From: Deltaproteobacteria bacterium
GTDB taxonomy: Bacteria > Myxococcota_A > Polyangia > HGW-17 > JAJRWW01
Reading direction: 5' to 3'
DNA: 64,000 nucleotides
Assembly (NCBI GenBank): GCA_029938605.1
Contig: JAOZUO010000003.1
Span: forward strand, 26,592 to 90,591
Positions 16,970-25,688 of this stretch are shown here, piece after piece. Under the pieces are notes generated by a model, which did no database searches, was not told the DNA's origin, and saw nothing but the letters and a program-made list of their open reading frames with translations. The translations under genes were made by a program, and so were the position numbers. Each line of letters opens with the position of its first letter. Positions within the stretch are counted from its first letter, which is position 1.

Positions 16970-18039
16970 GGAAACACCATGGTTCTCTCCCAGCCGTACC
17001 GGGCGATGATCCAGTTGATGTGCTGGACGGCGTAGTTCCGTCGGGAAATGATCATGCGCAGCTCGCGCTCGGACAGCAGCGCCATGGGGGCGCCCGCCTT
17101 CTGGGCCATGCCCTGCTTGAGCCGCTTGTAGGTCAGCGCCTTGAGGTTTCTGAAAAGCTTCCGCGAAAAACGCTGCACGCGCTGCAGGCCCGTGCGTGCG
17201 TTCCTGCCACCCGTCGGTGTCGGGAAGAAGGAGTAGGTGTTGTCCATGAAATACAAGAACTTCGTGTCCGGCGTCCCCATGGTGTTAAACCCGGAGAAAC
17301 GGTCGGGGTTGTTGATCAGGAAATCGTACAGCAGCATGACCGACAGCTGCGCCGTAACCTCGGCGTACCGGGGCGGCAGCCGCTTGTAGGCCTTGAGCCA
17401 CTGGTGCCAGCGCTTGCGCGCTTTCCATCGGTCGATGGGGATGTATCGGATCTTCGGGATCCACCAAGACACCTCGCCCACCAGCCTGCCGCCCTTGCGA
17501 AACCTCGCCTCCTTCTTGAAACGGAAAAAGAACCGCCTCTCCCGGCGATCGATCTTGGCATACAGATCCCGCCAGGTGAGCACGCGCCAGGTGGCCGGCG
17601 GCACCCGACTCAACCCCAGGAGCCGATTGAGGCGGTAGGCGGCGATCTCCTTGCGGGGCACGGTCTGGGGATGGATCTGCTCGGGCTTGAAGGCCGCGCT
17701 GCTCCCGTCCGCCAGACGCAGCCGCAGCGACAGGCTGGATCCACCGCGGTTGAAGGTGATGCGCTTGATGGGCTGCCTTTGCATCCGCCGAAGCAGCACG
17801 TCGTCCGAGATCCCATTCCAGTAGCCCGGACGATCCCGTCGTAGGGTCTCACTGGGGATCTCGGCCACGGACGGCAGGGGCTTTTGGTAGAGCGCAGCCA
17901 GGAACACCTCCCGCTCCGTCGCGCGGGATCCAGCCGGTGCGGATCGGGCCCAGGACACTGTGGACGCCAAAATACCGAACGGAAGACAGAGGACAACCGC
18001 TGCAAGCACACGAAGCATTTGGCGTTTTCTTCTCATCAA
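16966..18039 (-). CDS. secreted protein with a Fam20/four-jointed-like (secretory kinase-like) domain
   Basis: Signal peptide. DFLINNPDRF and MDNTYSF resemble the Fam20C catalytic segment (DxLIxNxDRH ... DN). Lys/Arg-rich. Confidence 0.4.
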   Translation of the reverse strand: MMRRKRQMLRVLAAVVLCLPFGILASTVSWARSAPAGSRATEREVFLAALYQKPLPSVAEIPSETLRRDRPGYWNGISDDVLLRRMQRQPIKRITFNRGGSSLSLRLRLADGSSAAFKPEQIHPQTVPRKEIAAYRLNRLLGLSRVPPATWRVLTWRDLYAKIDRRERRFFFRFKKEARFRKGGRLVGEVSWWIPKIRYIPIDRWKARKRWHQWLKAYKRLPPRYAEVTAQLSVMLLYDFLINNPDRFSGFNTMGTPDTKFLYFMDNTYSFFPTPTGGRNARTGLQRVQRFSRKLFRNLKALTYKRLKQGMAQKAGAPMALLSERELRMIISRRNYAVQHINWIIARYGWERTMVFP

Positions 18040-18325
18040 AACGTCACCATCTTACCATCGATCGTTTGCCATTCGATCCGAGATCCCGTCGCGGCGGATC
18101 CGCTGTCTAGCTGGATCTCAAACAACCTGTGCCCACATTACCACACACTGGCATACATGTCCTACTTTTCGTGCATATTCCCCGGCTTCGTCTCCGACGG
18201 GGCCGGATCATCGGGGAGATCTTCCATAAATTTCGCTCCTCCATCTACTGTGCCTCTACCCAGATTACCCGCTGGTCCGCGGCGATGTTCCCATCCGGAG
18301 TGGAATCCGGACTTGCCGGACTTGA

Positions 18326-19420
18326 ATGGATTATATGGTAGAGTCGTCGAAGCCAACGGGAGAATCCATGTACCCCAGACCTGCACTACGCCAACCGCCG
18401 TTGCTCGTTTTCCTGCTGGTGATCCTGGTGACCACGGCGAGCTGCAACCTGACCCGCTACGCCATTCGGAAAAGCGGACCGGTCCTGGGAAATACCGTGG
18501 CGGTGCTCCAGTCCTATAAGGATCCGGAGATGGCCCGCCAGGCCACGCCGGCCCTGCTCGTGGTGCTCGAGGGGTTGCTCGCCTCGGACCCTGAGAATGC
18601 CACGTTGCTCCGGTTGCTCTGCCGAGGCCTCTATGAATACACCTTCGGTTTTCTGCAGTCCGACTACGAGCGGCTGCGAGAAAGCGATCCTGAGGGCGCC
18701 GAACGCATGCGGCGCCGGGCCCGCGGACAGTACGTAAAGGTGTACGAGCTGGGGCTGCGCCTGCTACGAACCCACGGCGTTCGATTCACCCTCCAAAAGA
18801 CGAAGAAGGAGGAGCTGACGCGGCAGATCGCCGGGCTGGACAAGCGGGCGGTCCCGGCGCTGACCTGGACCGCACTGGGCGCCGGCAGCGCGCTGCTGCT
18901 AGGCATCGATCAGCCCTGGTTGCTGCAGATGATCGGTAAGATCCCGCTGCTGCTCGAGCGCGCCGTGGCCCTGGATCCGAGCTACGCCAACGGTCTCCCC
19001 GTGGGCGGTCTCGCCCTATACTATGGGAGGGATTTGATGACGGGTGGGAGCGCCATCAAATCCCAGCGATACTTCCAGCAGGCCATCAGGATCTCGCGCC
19101 GACGCCACCTGCTGTATCTCGTGCTCTACGCCCGCTACTGGGCGTGGCAGTTCCAGAGCGTCGAGGTGGAACGGGTGGGGCGCGGCCCGTCCGCTCGCAA
19201 GGTCCCCCTTCGCCCCAAAAACAAGCGCGCACTCTTCGTTGCGCTCCTAGAGGAGGTGCTCCGCTTCCGGCTGGAGGACGCGCCCGAATTGCGGCTCTCG
19301 AACACCCTCGCCAAGCACATGGCCAAGCAGCTTATGCGGCGTAAGGACGATTTCCTCGGAATCCAAAGCCCACGAAGCCCACGAAGCCCGCACCACGCGG
19401 CACGCGGAGACCGACCATGA
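18326..19420 (+). CDS. TatT-like TPR lipoprotein (TRAP-transporter-associated)
   Basis: Lipoprotein signal (LLVFLLVILVTTASC) and an all-helical TPR-like fold. Overlaps (ATGA) the downstream DctP-family gene. Confidence 0.55.
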   Translation: MDYMVESSKPTGESMYPRPALRQPPLLVFLLVILVTTASCNLTRYAIRKSGPVLGNTVAVLQSYKDPEMARQATPALLVVLEGLLASDPENATLLRLLCRGLYEYTFGFLQSDYERLRESDPEGAERMRRRARGQYVKVYELGLRLLRTHGVRFTLQKTKKEELTRQIAGLDKRAVPALTWTALGAGSALLLGIDQPWLLQMIGKIPLLLERAVALDPSYANGLPVGGLALYYGRDLMTGGSAIKSQRYFQQAIRISRRRHLLYLVLYARYWAWQFQSVEVERVGRGPSARKVPLRPKNKRALFVALLEEVLRFRLEDAPELRLSNTLAKHMAKQLMRRKDDFLGIQSPRSPRSPHHAARGDRP

Positions 19421-20430
19421 AACGGCTGCTCATAACGATCACCACAGCGACGCTACTTTTCGGCGGCTCCGCCGACGGTCGGGCCGCCCCAGTCACCCTG
19501 AAGATCGCCACGGTAATGCCCCGGGGCGGTCCCTGGGCCAACGCCATGACCCGCATGGCCATCGCGGTAAAAAAGAAAACCAAGGGCAAGGTGGTGTTCA
19601 AGATCTACTTCGGCGCCGTGGCGGGCACCGAGCGGCGCGCCCTCAGCCGCATGAAGGCCAATCAGATCCAGGGACTGGCAGCGGCCTCGGCGGCCCTGTC
19701 CTCCATCGACAGCTCCATCCGGGTGCTGGAGCTGCCCATGCTCTATCGCTCCTACAAAGAGTTCCGCTTCGTGATCAAGTCCATGGAACCCATCTTCAGG
19801 GAGCGCTTCAAAAAACGCGGCTACCGCCTGCTGGCCATGGCGAGCGTGGGCTGGATCTACCTCTACTCCAAAAACCCCATCCGCTCACTTCCTGACATCC
19901 GGCGCTGTAAAATCTGGCGCTGGAAGCACGATCCCATGGTCAATGCGATATTCAAGGTCATGGGCATGCGCACCCAGACGGCACCGGTTACCGACGTGCT
20001 GGCGTCCTTGCAGGCGGGCACCATCGACACCGTCTACGGCATGCCGCACACCACCCAGGCCCTCCAGTGGCACACCAGCGTCAAGTACGCCCTCGACTTC
20101 CGGATCAACATGGCCATCGGATCGGTGCTGATACGCAACGACGCCTTCGCCAAACTCACCGTCGCCCAGCAGAAGGTTGTGCAGGACCAGGGCCGGATCA
20201 TGCAGCGCTTTTTGAACCGAACCTCGGCGTCCATCAACGCCAAGGCCCTACGCTCCATGCAACGCAGCGGCCTGAAGCTACTCAAGCCGTCCGCCTCTTT
20301 CTTCAAGCAGCTCCGGGGCCTCAGGATCAAGCTCCGGAAGAAGCTACGCAACACCATGTACAAGCCGGCCGACCTTAAAAAAATCAAGGCCCTGCTCACC
20401 CTGTGCCGCGTCACCTCCTGCACCATCTGA
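19417..20430 (+). CDS. TRAP transporter solute-binding protein, DctP family
   Basis: Signal peptide plus DctP-family conservation (KIATVMPRGGPWANAM..., WKHDPMVNAIFKVMGMRTQTAPVTDVLASLQAGTIDTV). Confidence 0.7.
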   Translation: MKRLLITITTATLLFGGSADGRAAPVTLKIATVMPRGGPWANAMTRMAIAVKKKTKGKVVFKIYFGAVAGTERRALSRMKANQIQGLAAASAALSSIDSSIRVLELPMLYRSYKEFRFVIKSMEPIFRERFKKRGYRLLAMASVGWIYLYSKNPIRSLPDIRRCKIWRWKHDPMVNAIFKVMGMRTQTAPVTDVLASLQAGTIDTVYGMPHTTQALQWHTSVKYALDFRINMAIGSVLIRNDAFAKLTVAQQKVVQDQGRIMQRFLNRTSASINAKALRSMQRSGLKLLKPSASFFKQLRGLRIKLRKKLRNTMYKPADLKKIKALLTLCRVTSCTI

Positions 20431-21491
20431 GCCGCGCCGCGTACGCGGCCCTGGCAGCAACCCTGGCCACATCCTGGCTTGGCGCCTGCGTGGACAAGCC
20501 CGCGCCAACGGCGCACAGAAGCAAGGTGGTGCTCCCCAACCTCACGGCCTCGGAGCAGGGTCGGGCACCGAAAAGTACCGCGACCCGCCCAGGCCCTACC
20601 ACCTCGGCGGCGTCTCTGAGCCCAGGCCTGGGAGCCGGGCCCGGAACCGTGGACGCGGCCCGGGTACAGCAACGTCTGTCGGGCGCGACCCAATCGATTC
20701 TGGATCTGCGCCCCGCCCGACAGTTCCGTCGTGGCCACCTTCCGGGTGCGCGCAACGACCCGGAGGGGCGCGCGCTCCTGGCGGCGTTGGGCGCGCACCG
20801 ACGCACCGGCGCCCCGGGCAAACCCGGAATTCACCCCGGGGGACCATCCGCCCCGACGGTGGTGCTGGTACACAACGGACGAGATCTTCGCGATCGGGCG
20901 ATTGCGACCCGGGCCTATCTCGTGCTCTACGCCGGTGGTGTCGCCCCCGAGCGCCTGGCCATCCTGCGGGGGGGCTACGCCACCTGGCGCCGACAGCAGC
21001 GGCCTCGGTCCACGGCTGGTCCATCCACCACGGCCACCACGGCCACCACGGCCACCACGGCCACCACGGCGGCTGTCCCGAAAAGCAAGGCCGTGTCCCC
21101 CCGACTACCCCGGTCCCGCCGACAGGTGCTGCTCACCGATCCCGCGGCTCTGGCCGCCGCCCGGAAGCGACCCCGGACCGTGCTGGTACACACTGGCCGA
21201 CGACGCCCAGCGCTCAGTACCCGACGGCCGGCCCCTGCCTGGCTGCGATTCGGCGTGGCACCCCTGGAGCCCGCCCCCGGAGCGTTGCCCCTCACCACCG
21301 CTGAGCTCCGTAAACGCATGGGTCCTGTGCTAACAGCCGGAGACAAGGTTCGACTCATCGCCTTTAGTGAACACGGCCTGTGGGCGAGCCTGGTCTGGTT
21401 CACCCTCAAGAACCGACTCGGTCGTCCCGACCCGCAAAACGCGGTGTACCTGGGTCCCAGCCCGATCCCAAGGAGCATCCCCGCCCGGTGA
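20403..21491 (+). CDS. hypothetical lipoprotein with a possible rhodanese-like segment and a TTATTATTATTA tract
   Basis: Lipoprotein signal (LATSWLGAC). ILDLRPARQFRRGHLPGARN resembles a rhodanese active-site-loop neighbourhood. Low complexity. Confidence 0.4.
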   Translation: MPRHLLHHLSRAAYAALAATLATSWLGACVDKPAPTAHRSKVVLPNLTASEQGRAPKSTATRPGPTTSAASLSPGLGAGPGTVDAARVQQRLSGATQSILDLRPARQFRRGHLPGARNDPEGRALLAALGAHRRTGAPGKPGIHPGGPSAPTVVLVHNGRDLRDRAIATRAYLVLYAGGVAPERLAILRGGYATWRRQQRPRSTAGPSTTATTATTATTATTAAVPKSKAVSPRLPRSRRQVLLTDPAALAAARKRPRTVLVHTGRRRPALSTRRPAPAWLRFGVAPLEPAPGALPLTTAELRKRMGPVLTAGDKVRLIAFSEHGLWASLVWFTLKNRLGRPDPQNAVYLGPSPIPRSIPAR

Positions 21492-21584
21492 CTCTAGGCC
21501 ACCGGGCCCACTGATCTCTCACCGCTTGACGCTCCCGGGGCAATGCACCTAAGCTGAACCGCTGAAACGCGGCGGTTCCGCGCA

Positions 21585-22181
21585 TTGGTAAAGATCATGC
21601 GACCCATCGACATCTGTACGCGCCTCGGTTCGGCGCGAATCACCACCATTTGCGAACAGCTGAACTCAAACCAGCTCAAGACCACCTTGCGTAAGGCCAA
21701 CCTCAACACCAAGGTTCCGTCGCGGGTGGTGTCCCAGAAGGCCCGCCGGAAGATCTGGGCCGAGCGGGTAGTGACGAGCCTCAACAAGGACAACGAAGAG
21801 GTGGCAGACAACCTGCTGTACGAGTGGCTGCTGCACCACCGCCGCAACATGCTCATCGAATACCTCGACTCCATCGGAGTCCGACACCAGGGCGGAGAGA
21901 CAGAGGAGACCTTCACCAAAACGGTCCCGGTGGAGGATCTGCTCAAGGCCGCCCGGAACCTGGCCTCCGTACACCCGGCCGACGAGGTGGCCGCCTACGT
22001 CCTGTACCTGGATCACCATCAGGAGAGTGACGTCTTCACCAGCGCGCCGGACATCGTAGCCCTCCTGGCCCCGGCCCCGGCCCCGGCCCCGGCCCCTGAT
22101 TCCGACTCCGCAACCTCCCCATCCTCCCCATCCTCCCCATCCTCCCCATCCTCCACTGGCGCCACCGACGCCGCCGAATGA
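21585..22181 (+). CDS. hypothetical protein
   Basis: Coding-like composition. Overlaps (ATGA) the downstream TPR gene. SP-rich C-terminal tail. Confidence 0.4.
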   Translation: MVKIMRPIDICTRLGSARITTICEQLNSNQLKTTLRKANLNTKVPSRVVSQKARRKIWAERVVTSLNKDNEEVADNLLYEWLLHHRRNMLIEYLDSIGVRHQGGETEETFTKTVPVEDLLKAARNLASVHPADEVAAYVLYLDHHQESDVFTSAPDIVALLAPAPAPAPAPDSDSATSPSSPSSPSSPSSTGATDAAE

Positions 22182-22957
22182 CCCGCGGCGCGGGCGACAG
22201 CCGGAAGCGCTCTTGTCCCTACCATCCCGGGGTCGTGGCCGACACCCCCTGTGACCACTGTGGTCGGCTGTTTTGCACCGACTGCGTCAAAAGCTGGAAT
22301 GGCAAACACCTCGGTCCCGGGTGCCGTCGGGACCGCGTACGCCGCCGGGTACTCATCGGAATCGTGGTGGCCATAATGCTGGCCGGTCCCGCGGCGGTGA
22401 TCGTCTGGGGATACGATCAGCATCGCCGCTATGGCTCGGCGCGACACCGCATCCACGCCCGGCAAAAGATGCTCCAGAAGTTTCCGCATTCGGCCGGGAT
22501 CCGGCTGCGCCTCGCCCAGGACCTCCTGGGTGCGTCCAGGCCGAAACAGGCCAAGACCCAGCTCGACCGCCTCCTCAAAGACCACCCCAAACATCTGGGC
22601 GGGCTGCTCACTCGCGGGCGGCTGGCCACCTCGGAGGGCGACCACTCCGGGGCGCTGCGCTACTGCACACGCGCGCTCCTTTCGGTGCCGCGATCCCAAG
22701 CGGCCCGCCTCGCCGTTGCTCGCGCCTTTTTGGCCCTGGAACGTCCCGACAAGGCCGAAGCCACCCTACGGGCCGGGCTGAAACGCACCCCCCGGTCGCT
22801 GAACCTGACCTTGGAGCTGGTCAGTATTCTCACAAAGCAAAAACGAACCAAAGAGGCCCTCGAGCTGCTCCGACAAGCCCAACGCCACGCCAGGTCCACC
22901 ACGACCCAAAAATCACTCCACCGCCAGATCCAACAGCTCACGACTTCAGAGAAGTGA
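22178..22957 (+). CDS. TPR-repeat protein with an N-terminal zinc-ribbon (CxxC...CxxC) and one TM helix
   Basis: N-terminal CPYHPGVVADTPCDHCGRLFCTDC, TM helix VLIGIVVAIMLAGPAAVIVWGY, then four or more TPR-like repeats. Confidence 0.6.
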   Translation: MTRGAGDSRKRSCPYHPGVVADTPCDHCGRLFCTDCVKSWNGKHLGPGCRRDRVRRRVLIGIVVAIMLAGPAAVIVWGYDQHRRYGSARHRIHARQKMLQKFPHSAGIRLRLAQDLLGASRPKQAKTQLDRLLKDHPKHLGGLLTRGRLATSEGDHSGALRYCTRALLSVPRSQAARLAVARAFLALERPDKAEATLRAGLKRTPRSLNLTLELVSILTKQKRTKEALELLRQAQRHARSTTTQKSLHRQIQQLTTSEK

Positions 22958-23565
22958 CGTCTCGCAGCCTCACAGCCTCGCAGCGCACTGCATATCCGCT
23001 GAAGGCCCCACGCGGGGAGACGGATCTCTGAATAAGGTCCAAACCGGCAGAAATCGATGTACTTCGTTTTCAGCAGAGTTTCTCCCTGATAAAGAAAAAA
23101 ATCCGAACACCCAGACGTCAGGGGTCACCCACACCGCCAGCGCTACGCACCAGGCTCGCGGTCAACGGCGTGTCAGTACAGTGAGGGCGGAGGAGGATAA
23201 TCGGACGCCAAAGACGTGCTCCACTGCGGCGAGGCAGACGAACGTCGCCACCGGTGGTTCCGCCGCCGGGCAGACGGCCGGCAGGGACCACCGGAACTTC
23301 CCAACTGGGGCCCACCGGCGCTGAAGCGAACGTCGCCCAATCCGGTACTCAGGGATCCCGTGGGCTGTCCCGTCGTGGATCGGCACCCTTCGCAGCTCAC
23401 AGCGGGCGCATACCTGTCTAGGTGCCCAAACCGCATTCCCGATGGTTGAATCCTTGGGTTTTTCCCCGACTGCGCCAACCGCTGGTGAAAAAACTCATCC
23501 CAGCACCACCGATGTTCTCGCCGCCGCCGACACCTACGTCGACCAGCGCTTAGTGGCCGTTGAAT

Positions 23566-23752
23566 GTTTCACTTTTTCGCCAGATAAATCACCTCTGCCA
23601 AATCTGAAACAGAAAGGGCCCTTTGGTGTTCCACTTTCGGCCCAGATGCGTCATCTCAGCCAAATCTGAAATAGATTTGGCCCTTTGGTGTTCCACTTTC
23701 CCGTCAGATAAATCATCCCAACCGATTCTGAAACAAATCTCCGCTGACAGAG
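23566..23752. repeat. ~62-bp tandem repeat x3, each unit carrying a hairpin (ccaaatctgaaatagatttgg), inside a 1.2-kb non-coding region
   Basis: The units begin gtttcactttttcgccagataaatc..., gttccactttcggcccagatgcgtc... and gttccactttcccgtcagataaatc.... The palindrome in the central unit is perfect. Confidence 0.6.
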
Positions 23753-24196
23753 CTGCTACAAAACTCGCGCACGTCATTGCATCCCACATTGCGCTCGACG
23801 TCGCGGTGCAGAACCACACGGGACGTGGCAGGCGTTGGCACACGTCCCTGGCTGACGCGGCCCACTGGACGAAATCGCGGACGCTCGGGCAGCGCTCACC
23901 TTCTTTCAGATCGACGGAAAACCCGGCGCTGCCCATACGTAGGCGGTTTCATCCAGCGTCCGTGCCAGCGTTTGACACTCGACGTCAGGACCTTGTCAGT
24001 CACCCACGGCCATGTGAATGAAGGATGGGTGATCTTACACCACGATTCATCGCCGAGAACCGTTGGACTGTCCCTGAACCTGCGCGAGCAAACCAACAAA
24101 AAATTTGGCAGGGCCCGACGTAGGCGGTTTCACCTGGCGTACGCACCAGCGACCCTAGCCTGGAATTTGAGATCTAACTCTGGTATCACCGCCGAC

Positions 24197-24529
24197 ATGA
24201 TCTGGCTCCGACTCAAACTCCGACGCACGCTCCGACGCACGCTCCAACTCGAGCGCTGGCTGATGATCTGGCCCTTGGTCCTGGGGATCGGGCTGGCCGC
24301 TAGCTGTGGAGACGGGGACATCCGTAAGGGGTGTAAGAACTACTGCAAGTGTCATCGGGGCAAGGACAGCGATTCGGCCTGCCGTTCACGTTGCAGCGAG
24401 CGGCTGCACGCCCTGAAGAAGCGTGACCGACCCCAGGCGCGACAGATCGCGGACTGCCTGGCGGCCAAGGGCGAACGGAAATGCAGTGAGCTGGCCGCCT
24501 GCGCCGGATCCGTCCTGAAATCGAAGTAG
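24197..24529 (+). CDS. small cysteine-rich lipoprotein (paralog of 9497-9859)
   Basis: MIWLRLKLRR...LVLGIGLAASC signal, then CKNYCKCHRG...CRSRC...C...C. The ATG at 24197 lies within the longer track ORF 23777-24529. Confidence 0.45.
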   Translation: MIWLRLKLRRTLRRTLQLERWLMIWPLVLGIGLAASCGDGDIRKGCKNYCKCHRGKDSDSACRSRCSERLHALKKRDRPQARQIADCLAAKGERKCSELAACAGSVLKSK

Positions 24530-24622
24530 TTTCTCTGAAATCTTCAGGTTTCGCCTGGTCCCCTGTAAGACAGTGGGCCCAAGGGGCGTTCCCTAGCTGA
24601 ACTACTCAGCAGGAGGCGCCCC

Positions 24623-25645
24623 ATGGTCCGCAACACTATCGTAGCCATCTCCGTGACATTGCTGGCCTTCGCCGGCTGCGCGGGAAACAAAGCCCACCAG
24701 ACGTACTACCCCCAGCCAGTCGATACCGGCTACAGCGGACAGGGCAGCGCCCGTGGCAGCGCCCGTGGCAGCGCCCGTGGCAGCGCCACCACCACCCAGA
24801 GCTCCGATGGCTATGGCGAGTCGTCCCGGGCCCCGGCGACGAACCGCGGCCGAGGCGCCTACCACCGCACCTCCCGGCCTGGATCCGCAAGTGGAGGCGC
24901 CGCCCAAAAACGCTCCGGGGTTCGCGTTCCTCCACCGGCCCCCGGCGCCTCCCCCACAAACCGACCCTATCGTCGCCGGGAGACGCGCCGCATCGTCCGA
25001 CCGCGGCCCACGCACCGACCGGGCCTGGCCACCGTCTTTGGCGAGCGGGTGCGCAGCCGCGTTTCCTTCACCTCCTTCCGACGAGCGCACACGCGCCCCG
25101 ACAGTCGGGTGTCCATCCACTACAACGACTATCGCGGCCTCGTGGCCATGACCCGTCATCTCCGCCGACGATGCTGTGGAACCCTGTCGCCCTACCGCGT
25201 GCGGGCGGGCGTCACCATCCAACTCGTCGACCAGAATCGGCGCCCCCTGCGCGGCGTACAGCTCGGCGGCCGAACCATCGTCATGGGTCGCTCCGGCACC
25301 CGCTACGGCATCCTCGTCCAGAGCTACTCGAGCCGCCGCTTTGAGATCGTCGCCTCGGTGGACGGCCTGGACGTCATCGACGGCAAGCGCGCCGGGCTCA
25401 CCAAACGAGGCTACATCCTGGCCCCCCACGGCCGCCTGTTCATTCGCGGTTTCCGCACCAGCCGCTACAACGTCGCCGCCTTCCGCTTCGGCTCCGTCTC
25501 CAACAGCTACGCCGCCCGCACCACAGGCAACACCCGCAACGTGGGCGTCGTGGGCCTCGCGGTGTTTGGCGAGTATCGCCCCACGTACACCAGCGAGGCG
25601 ATCCGTCGCCTCCGAGCCCGCCCCTTCGCCCAGCCCCCCCGCTGA
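24623..25645 (+). CDS. hypothetical lipoprotein
   Basis: Signal plus lipobox (LLAFAGC), SARG x3 repeat, Arg-rich linker, beta-rich C-terminal domain. Confidence 0.5.
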   Translation: MVRNTIVAISVTLLAFAGCAGNKAHQTYYPQPVDTGYSGQGSARGSARGSARGSATTTQSSDGYGESSRAPATNRGRGAYHRTSRPGSASGGAAQKRSGVRVPPPAPGASPTNRPYRRRETRRIVRPRPTHRPGLATVFGERVRSRVSFTSFRRAHTRPDSRVSIHYNDYRGLVAMTRHLRRRCCGTLSPYRVRAGVTIQLVDQNRRPLRGVQLGGRTIVMGRSGTRYGILVQSYSSRRFEIVASVDGLDVIDGKRAGLTKRGYILAPHGRLFIRGFRTSRYNVAAFRFGSVSNSYAARTTGNTRNVGVVGLAVFGEYRPTYTSEAIRRLRARPFAQPPR

Positions 25646-25688
25646 TCACCGCAGCTCTAATCCACTTGGCCCACTTGGAGGGAGGAAA

